Below, piece by piece: positions 55,925 through 64,000 of a stretch of 64,000 nucleotides of DNA. The notes beneath the pieces are model-generated. The model did no database searches and was not told the origin of the DNA. It worked only from the letters and a program-made list of their open reading frames with translations. The stretch's first letter is position 1. Each line of letters starts with the position of its first letter. Source of the stretch: the human T2T-CHM13v2.0 reference genome, Homo sapiens; the NCBI RefSeq assembly GCF_009914755.1, contig NC_060931.1; one strand, 5' to 3'. The position numbers and the translations under genes were made by a program.

Positions 55925-56420
55925 AGAATGAGATCCTGTCATTTGCAACAACCTGGATGGAACTGGAAGACATTATGTTAAGTGAACTAAGCCAGGCGCA
56001 GAAAGACAAACTTTGCATGTTCTTACTCATTTGCGGGAGCTAAAAATGAAAACAATTCAGTTCATGGAAACAGAAAGTAGAATGATGGTTACCAGAGGCT
56101 GGAAAGGGTGGTAGGGGATGGGGGTAGAAGGGATGGTTAGTGGGTACAAAAATATAGTTAGATAGAATAAATATGATCTAGCATTCGATAGCACGACAGG
56201 GTGACTGCAGTCAACAATAATTTACAGTACATTTAAAAATAACCCAAAGAGTATAATTGGAATGTGTGTAACACCAAGAAATGAGAAATGCTTGAGGTGA
56301 TGAACACCCCATTTACCCTGATGTGATTATTACACATTGCACGCCTGTATCAAAATATCTCACATACCCCATAAATACATACGTCTACTAGTCCCATAGA
56401 AATTAAAAGTTAAAATAAAG
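55925..56420 (+). mobile_element. L1MA 3' end, flanked by antisense L2 remnants (~55795-55905, ~56440-56860)
   Basis: AGAATGAGATCCTGTCATTTGCAACAACCTGGATGGAACTGG...TACCCTGATGTGATTATTACACATTG. Confidence 0.85.
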
Positions 56421-58324
56421 TGAATCCATTTTACAATAAGTTAAGGGGAGAGGAGTGATTAAGTACAGGTTGTCATGGACTTGGGGAGCAGAAACACCCT
56501 GACTGCTGGGGAGGGGGGACTCAAGGAAGGCTCCTCAGTGAGATGACAGTGGAGCTGAGATACTGAAGGATGAGAAGTTAGCCAGGTCAGACAAGCAGCA
56601 TGCTGCACAGGTGAGTGGCATGCTCTAAGGAGAAGGGAGAGCATGTGCCAAGACCCCATGGTGGGGACAGACGGGTGCACTGAAGCTTGATATGGCTGGA
56701 GTCGGGTGTACTGATAGCACACGTGGTTCTCCAGGGAAACAATGCCACGAAGACAGCTAAGCTAAGATGTGGGAGGTGTGGACAGTGAGGAGACAGTCGT
56801 GTCCTAAAGGACCTTGGAAGCCATGCTGAGGAGTTTAGACCTTATTCAAACGGTGGAACAACTGCAACAACTAAGCAGGTCACAAGGCCTTTCTGGGGCT
56901 CCTTGATTCCCTGTTCTATAAAACAGGTGTAGAGTAGATCAAAGTTCCTTCTGTGGACTAAATTCTGCAGAGCTCCAAGACCTGCAAATGCTCCTCAGCA
57001 GGCATAGGAAGTGCTGCACTTTGGCGGAACTCCGTTCCATTGCCTTGTGCTGAGAGTGCCTGCTCTGCATTCAAACTATAAATACACCCCGTGGTCTTTT
57101 CCCTCACACGATTCTGAGGACTGGGAATGTCCATTACCTGGAGCCAGGCTAAGCCAGGAATGGCAGGAGGTGAGCACTGCTTGAGGAAAGGTGAAACGGA
57201 GATAACCCGAAGCCTGACATTATATTAGCCTTAAGTGGAAATCCATCTAAATGGCAACGGCATCTCAGAATTCGGTAAAACAAAAGAATACCGTGAAGGA
57301 ACACAAGGCTGTATGTTTTTGGGAATTTGGAACAAGATTCCTAACTTCGGTTTGCAGAGTCCTAAATTAAAAGATGTCCTGATGCATTTATTTGAGCAGC
57401 TGGTAATCTTTCTAGTATCAGTGTCTACTTCTAAATTTTGGAAATGGGTACAGAATTGAGAACATCGACTCTGAGGCCTCTCAGCATTGCCTGTCTCCAG
57501 CTCAGGTGGCCTCTCTGGCTGGCTCTCCTCCTACTCACACAAAGTGGCCTTGGGAAGGCACAATTTTCTCATCACTGCATGACAGAGGAACCCCCACACC
57601 TTACCATGCTGATAACTTCAGACACTCTTAGAAATCCCAGCTAAAATTAACTTCATCTTCTCATTTTCAGCACAACTTGATTCTACATGCATTCCTTTGT
57701 TTTGGACTCTTAGAGCTTAAAGTAGGGGGAAAAGAGGATATCATTGTTCTCCAAATCCCCCTTCCTCTCCATTTCCCCAGGGGACTGGGGACAGAACGAG
57801 GAGAGAGGTGGAAGAAGAGAGGTACAAAAGCAGGGGAGAATCCAGGGAGACGACAGAGGAGGAAACTGAAGAGATGAAGGCGGAAGAGGAGGGGGAAATG
57901 TGGATTGTGAGAGGGGGTGAGGGAGCTGGGGACGCGGCCCAGAGCTTGCACTTCAGTCCTGGTGCCTGTCCCCGAGGACTCGGTGCCCCAGTCTCTCACG
58001 GAGAGCCAGGAAAACCTGAGATGCAGCAGGAGTGTGCCAGAGCGAATGTAGCTGCTGGCACACAGGAACAAGATTTCCTAGGACAATCTCAATTTCAAAT
58101 ATTCTATTCTGGAACATCATTCAATTGTGTGTGGACTTAGCCTCTGTCTCCCACACCCATTCCTCCTTTATGGCTCCCTAAATATCTCTATCCCTGTGTG
58201 CGACCAGGATGCCCAGGCCAGGGTGTCATTACAAGTCCTGCCCCTCTGACGGCTTCCTAAGAGAGGTCTGAAGAGCCCCACTGGGAAATCCCTTTTGCTC
58301 TCAGAGACTGTACTGAGAGGCCAG

Positions 58325-58919
<595 letters not shown>

Positions 58920-59262
58920 GTGTATAGGTAGATTTTCTAGGCCATGAATGCAGTGAAAAAAAAAAAAAAAACTCAAGCTAACATTCATCCTTTCCTCTTT
59001 TTTGAGGGGATTGAGGGTCCTAATAGAAGAATAGAAGGCAGAATTTGACATGATCAGTCATGGAAGCATAATGTCCATCCTTCATTTGTAACAAACACGT
59101 GTTGAAGGATCCCTGAACTGGGAGCACCTGCTGGGAATCTGTAAGTGTGGCAGAAGCTGAATGGTCTGCTTGTTTCAACCACTTAGGTTTGGCTTTTTTT
59201 CCTCCTATCATTTCAGTTCTGTAGGTATTCCATTGGCAGCTATTTGCATGCAAAGGAAATAG

Positions 59263-59587
<325 letters not shown>

Positions 59588-59654
59588 TGGTAACTCCTTT
59601 AACACTGACCTTGATAGAATCCCAGCAGAGGAAATAAAACTTCTAGCAGACAGA

Positions 59655-60258
59655 ATGACCCTTTTAAATAGGAAATCAGATCATGTTTCTCTTTGGCTCA
59701 AGATCCTGTGATGGCTCCCAATTTTACTTGGGCTGAAAAAAGGTCTAAGTTCTTCCAACAGCTATGAGTCCCTGTGTGGCCTGGCCTCCGCCTCTGCATC
59801 CTCTGAGCATCCCTCCCCCTTGCTTAGTCAGCTCCAGCCAAGTGTCCTTCCTGAAGACCCTTCACTGTGCCAGGCACGTCCTCACCTTAGGGCATTGGCA
59901 CAGGTTGTTCCCTCTGCCCAGAGCTCCACATGGTTCATTCTCACCTCCTGCAAGTCTCTGCTCAGATCTCATCTTCCCAGTAAGAACCTATTCAGCTCTG
60001 CAGCCTGACCTACTACCCTGAGAGCCCCAACACTCCATTATCCCCAGGCTCTACTTTTTCCTTTTCTCCCTAACATCGATCACTTTCTAGCCTACTATGC
60101 GATTTGCTTATTATTATGCTTATTATTCACTGCCTGTCTGCATCCTGTTACAATGTGGGCTCCAGGACAGCAGACAGCCTTGTCTGTTTTGTCCTCAGCT
60201 GAATTCCCAGTGCCTGGCACACAGTGGGACCCGGTAAATATTTGTTGACTGAATGAGA
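59655..60258 (+). mobile_element. L2 3' end
   Basis: AAATCAGATCATGT...GTGCCTGGCACACAGTGGGACCCGGTAAATATTTGTTGACTGAATGA terminus. Confidence 0.8.
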
Positions 60259-61477
60259 GACTTGCTAAAGTGCTAGTAGGATGGCAACCTCAAATGAGAT
60301 GTTGTTGGCCTGAGTAACAAATGGCCTCCCTTTGCAGTTCCTGTTTCTCTTTCCGTAGCATGAGCTTGTGTTTCTCTCTCCCTCCCAGAACACCTCCCTC
60401 CTTAGACCTCAGTGTGGTTTGGTGCCTTTCCCGTGTATATGGGGCAAGGCTGAAGTGCAATTCCCCATGGCCGCTGCCCTTGTCACAGCTCTCAGGCATA
60501 GTCTGGCAGCCCCACTGTGGGCACTGAGATGAACTTCTCTCACTTTGCCTGCTCAGGAAGTGGGCGAGGAGCTCTGACTTCTTGGCTGTCTGCTGATGTG
60601 TGTGCATGGGCTCTTACAATGACTGACACTCAGCCACCCTGGCTAAGCAGCAACACAGTTGCAACCATTCCCCGTGGTTAGTAGGGGCTCTTGTTTCCAA
60701 AGCTGAGGATCTGAGTGGGGTTCGTTCTGCAACACTGCTGGGGAGTCCTCAGCAGCCCTAAGATATCACTTGAGGATCTGGGCTCTGCCTCGACTCTCTC
60801 AGGGCTTCTTAGCACCTCCACCACAGGTGGGTGGGGATGAAACTCTAGTCAGTTGGCAGCCTTACTCATTTGCAGCTCCCGTGAATGAGGTGATGAAACC
60901 TGGGGTGAAACTCAGGGTGGAGAAACATTTTTGGATTTCCTTTATCCCTGCTATCTCTACCTCCATTACTGCAAATAAATGAAATGGCTATGAAATAAGA
61001 CTCCCAAAGGAAGATAAAAGGAGTCATGTATTTCATTTAAAAAAAAAGACTTTTTTTTTTGTCTTGCCCACCAACTCTTGTGTCCATGATCTCATCTCCA
61101 AAGACCTGAGGTTTTAATAGCCCATAATTACTTAATTGTTCCAGCTTTACCGTTTTGTTCTCAGCTTTAAGTGCCAGATAAACATGCTGTTTATTAGGGA
61201 GACAGCCTAAATTCATAGAAAAACCAAAACAGTTTGATAATTTCTTAAGTGATTCCTGTTTTACAATTAAAGTCACATGAAAGAAGGAAAAAGTGTTGAA
61301 ATACTAAAAAATGGTTTCCTTTCAGAAGCCTGTGTGTTTAGAAACTCAAAAATTTAAATTTCAACATGAGTTTCAGGCTTTGCACTGTCAACCAATGTGT
61401 TCCAATGCTAGCAATTCTCAGCCAGCACTTGGTTGGTGTACCTTGAACCCTTACTGATGTTGACAACCCCTCCAGCA

Positions 61478-61847
<370 letters not shown>

Positions 61848-62373
61848 TAATGTTTGGCCCTGTGTTTCGGGCAGAACCAGAAGAGTGGATCTAGTGGGGG
61901 GTCCTCAGGGGAGAGGTGGATCAGGATAGAAAGGGAGCAGAAATGCAAGATAAAACTTAGTGTGCAAAAAGAGTGAAGAAGCCCCGTGCAATGTCAGTCA
62001 GCACCCAGGAAGAGGGCATGCTTATGGGAACGTGGTGAACTCAGGGCGGAGTGGCCAAGTCAACGGGGCCTTGACCATGAAAGCAGTTTGATCCTCTCAA
62101 GTATGCCACAAGAAGTCTAAAATCAAAGGATGACAATATGATTTAGAACCACTCATCTAACCTTTGATGCTAACACAGGGGAGAATTATGAAAAGGAATG
62201 TATTTTAAACCCTGAAACATAAAGTTGGAATGTGATTCTGAGTCTCCAGTTAAAAAGTCAATAAAAATAGAGAAAACATTAAAAAAGACAAAGAAGGAAG
62301 AAATATGCTTTTGGATTGAAAACAAAAAGAATGAACAAACAAAAAACCCCATTTCAATCCCCACCTTACCTAC

Positions 62374-62643
62374 CTTGTAGCGAGGCCTGTAAGTCTTTCA
62401 TATTTTGGTCTAAAAGCTGCGAAGGAAGGAAACCTGAGCCTGTCTGGGCCTTGGGGTCTGGCTCTCCCAGGGCCATAGTGGGCACTGGCTCCTTCACTTG
62501 GCCGTCTCCAAACACAGCGGCCCACTCTTTGCTGAACTCGCCCTCTTCCAAGGAGGAAGCATTGAAGATCTCACTCAACAGCAGCAGGTCATCTTTGTCA
62601 GCACCTTCAGGTTCCGGGGTCCCTGCCACTGGTCCCAGGCAAG
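62374..62643 (-). CDS. ICA1: ICA1 (ICA69) penultimate exon (270 nt): (A)CLGPVAGTPEPEGADKDDLLLLSEIFN...FLPSQLLDQNMKDLQASLQ
   Basis: On the minus strand, acceptor ttttgttctctgttacttcaatcAG and donor CAAG|GTAGGT. Lies within ORF 62366..62677. Peptide recognised as the ICA69 C-terminal region. G+AA=Glu joins the last exon. Confidence 0.95.
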
Positions 62644-64000
62644 CTGATTGAAGTAACAGAGAACAAAACGTCACCACGGAGGGCTCAAGCCCTCAGGAAT
62701 CAATGCTGTGGGGGCTGCGAAGGGGGAGACTGGTTGATGGCTAGATTTAAGAAAAATGTCATCAAAATATAAGTTCATCCTATTATTATAGCCTCTCTTA
62801 AGAGTTTATAGAATTAAATTTCGAATCCCATGTTCCCTTGTCCCCTGTCCTCCAAAGCAAGTTCAGTTTCTGGGCATCAGACTCTAGGATTTTGGTTTTT
62901 CTTTAATATAAAAACAAATTTACCAAAACATTTCTCAGATATGAAACAAGGCCAAGATTGAAAACATGTTGGAGATCTTAGTTCCTTGTTTGCATAGCTC
63001 CCCAAATCTTCCCACGCAAGCCCTCAATACACATTGCCTGGGCTGGAACAGCAACACGCCATGTGGCAGCCTGTCCTGCCACCCAGGATGGGGAGAGAAC
63101 TTTCACCATGCCCTGGCCCAGGGCACGACAGGGAAGGGGAGGATGTCCAGAAGCTCAACAATGCCCAAGAGAGGCATCCTTACTTCCTTCCCACTTTGCT
63201 GAAACTCCATTGCATGAAGCAAAGGAAAAGTGGGTCTGGTTTGCCTAAGTACCTTTTGCAGCAATAAAATAAAAGGGAAAGAGGCTGCGAGTCAGGGAGC
63301 TTCACAGGCTAGAGACACAGTTCGAGGGGCGTTGAAGCGAGCACCGGATCAGAGGGGAAGCCTCAGGTCCACCCCTTCGCTGCTATGTGACTTCGGTAAA
63401 AACCCTTAGACCCCCTTGAGCCTCTGTTTGCTCATCCACAAGGTTATCATGTTAATAACGGCCACCTCGGTGTTGTCAGGAAGACCAAAAGAAATACACT
63501 TTAAACCTAATTGCCTTTCCAGAAGGAAGGCTTTAAAGAAGGCAGCCATCCTTACATTACGAACATTGGCAGAATACTGAATATTGAATACAAGTAGCAT
63601 TACTATCAGAAATCTTACACCAAGTCCTTTCACTGGGTTTATTACTTATTTTGAGAACCAAAGACTGATGGTGTTATCAACTGTGGCTTTGTGGTGGTAT
63701 CTAACTGCCACTTGGAAACTATAAACATTTTTGTTGTTAATTCACAAAGAGAAGAAAAAAATCATGATTTATGTTTTTTTTCTGAGACATGCTGCAATTC
63801 TGATATGGTCATATTAAATGAGATGACCAGGTTTTCTTCAAATGTATAAGATAATTAGTAAGTAAAGGCTTTTTTTTTTTAAAAAAAAAAGTTCTCTGTG
63901 TTGGCTTTACTGGATCTATTTTCAATCACACTTTACATAAAGATCTAAAGATGAAGGGGATTTCTGATGTGCTGAGCAGACAGGCTATAAATCAGGGAGG

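Noticed and set aside
57808-58140. Glu-rich 110-aa ORF antisense to the ICA1 intron
   Set aside because: Arises from a purine-rich low-complexity tract; no homology that I recognise.

Overview
Primate (most likely human) genomic DNA holding the 3' ends of two convergent protein-coding genes. On the + strand are the last three coding exons (5422-5632, 19398-19518, 20694-21039) and the ~2.5 kb 3'UTR of GLCCI1. On the - strand are the last two coding exons (62374-62643, 48423-48544) and the 3'UTR of ICA1. Splice phases join in frame for both genes. From recall, this pair lies at human 7p21. The rest is intronic or intergenic and rich in repeats: an old antisense L1 (1-~4190), a full-length inactive L1PA7/8-type element (~30125-36788) nested in an older L1MB, about 15 Alu/FLAM elements, MaLR and MER41 LTRs, MER5/MER58 DNA transposons, L2 and MIR relics. 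Nearly all other ORFs in the track are repeat-derived or chance ORFs. I found no evidence of a wholly new biological system. The best leads are: (i) a candidate L1 3' transduction with a second poly(A) tail; (ii) a ~90 bp copy of the ICA1 proximal poly(A) region in the last ICA1 intron that lacks exactly the AATAAA; (iii) tandem ICA1 splice donors that would remove its C-terminal motif without NMD; (iv) a near-perfect palindromic GRE beside a local duplication in a GLCCI1 intron; (v) paired miR-1/206 8mers and a Pumilio element straddling a proximal GLCCI1 poly(A) signal. Repeat subfamily calls and old-repeat boundaries were made by eye and are approximate.
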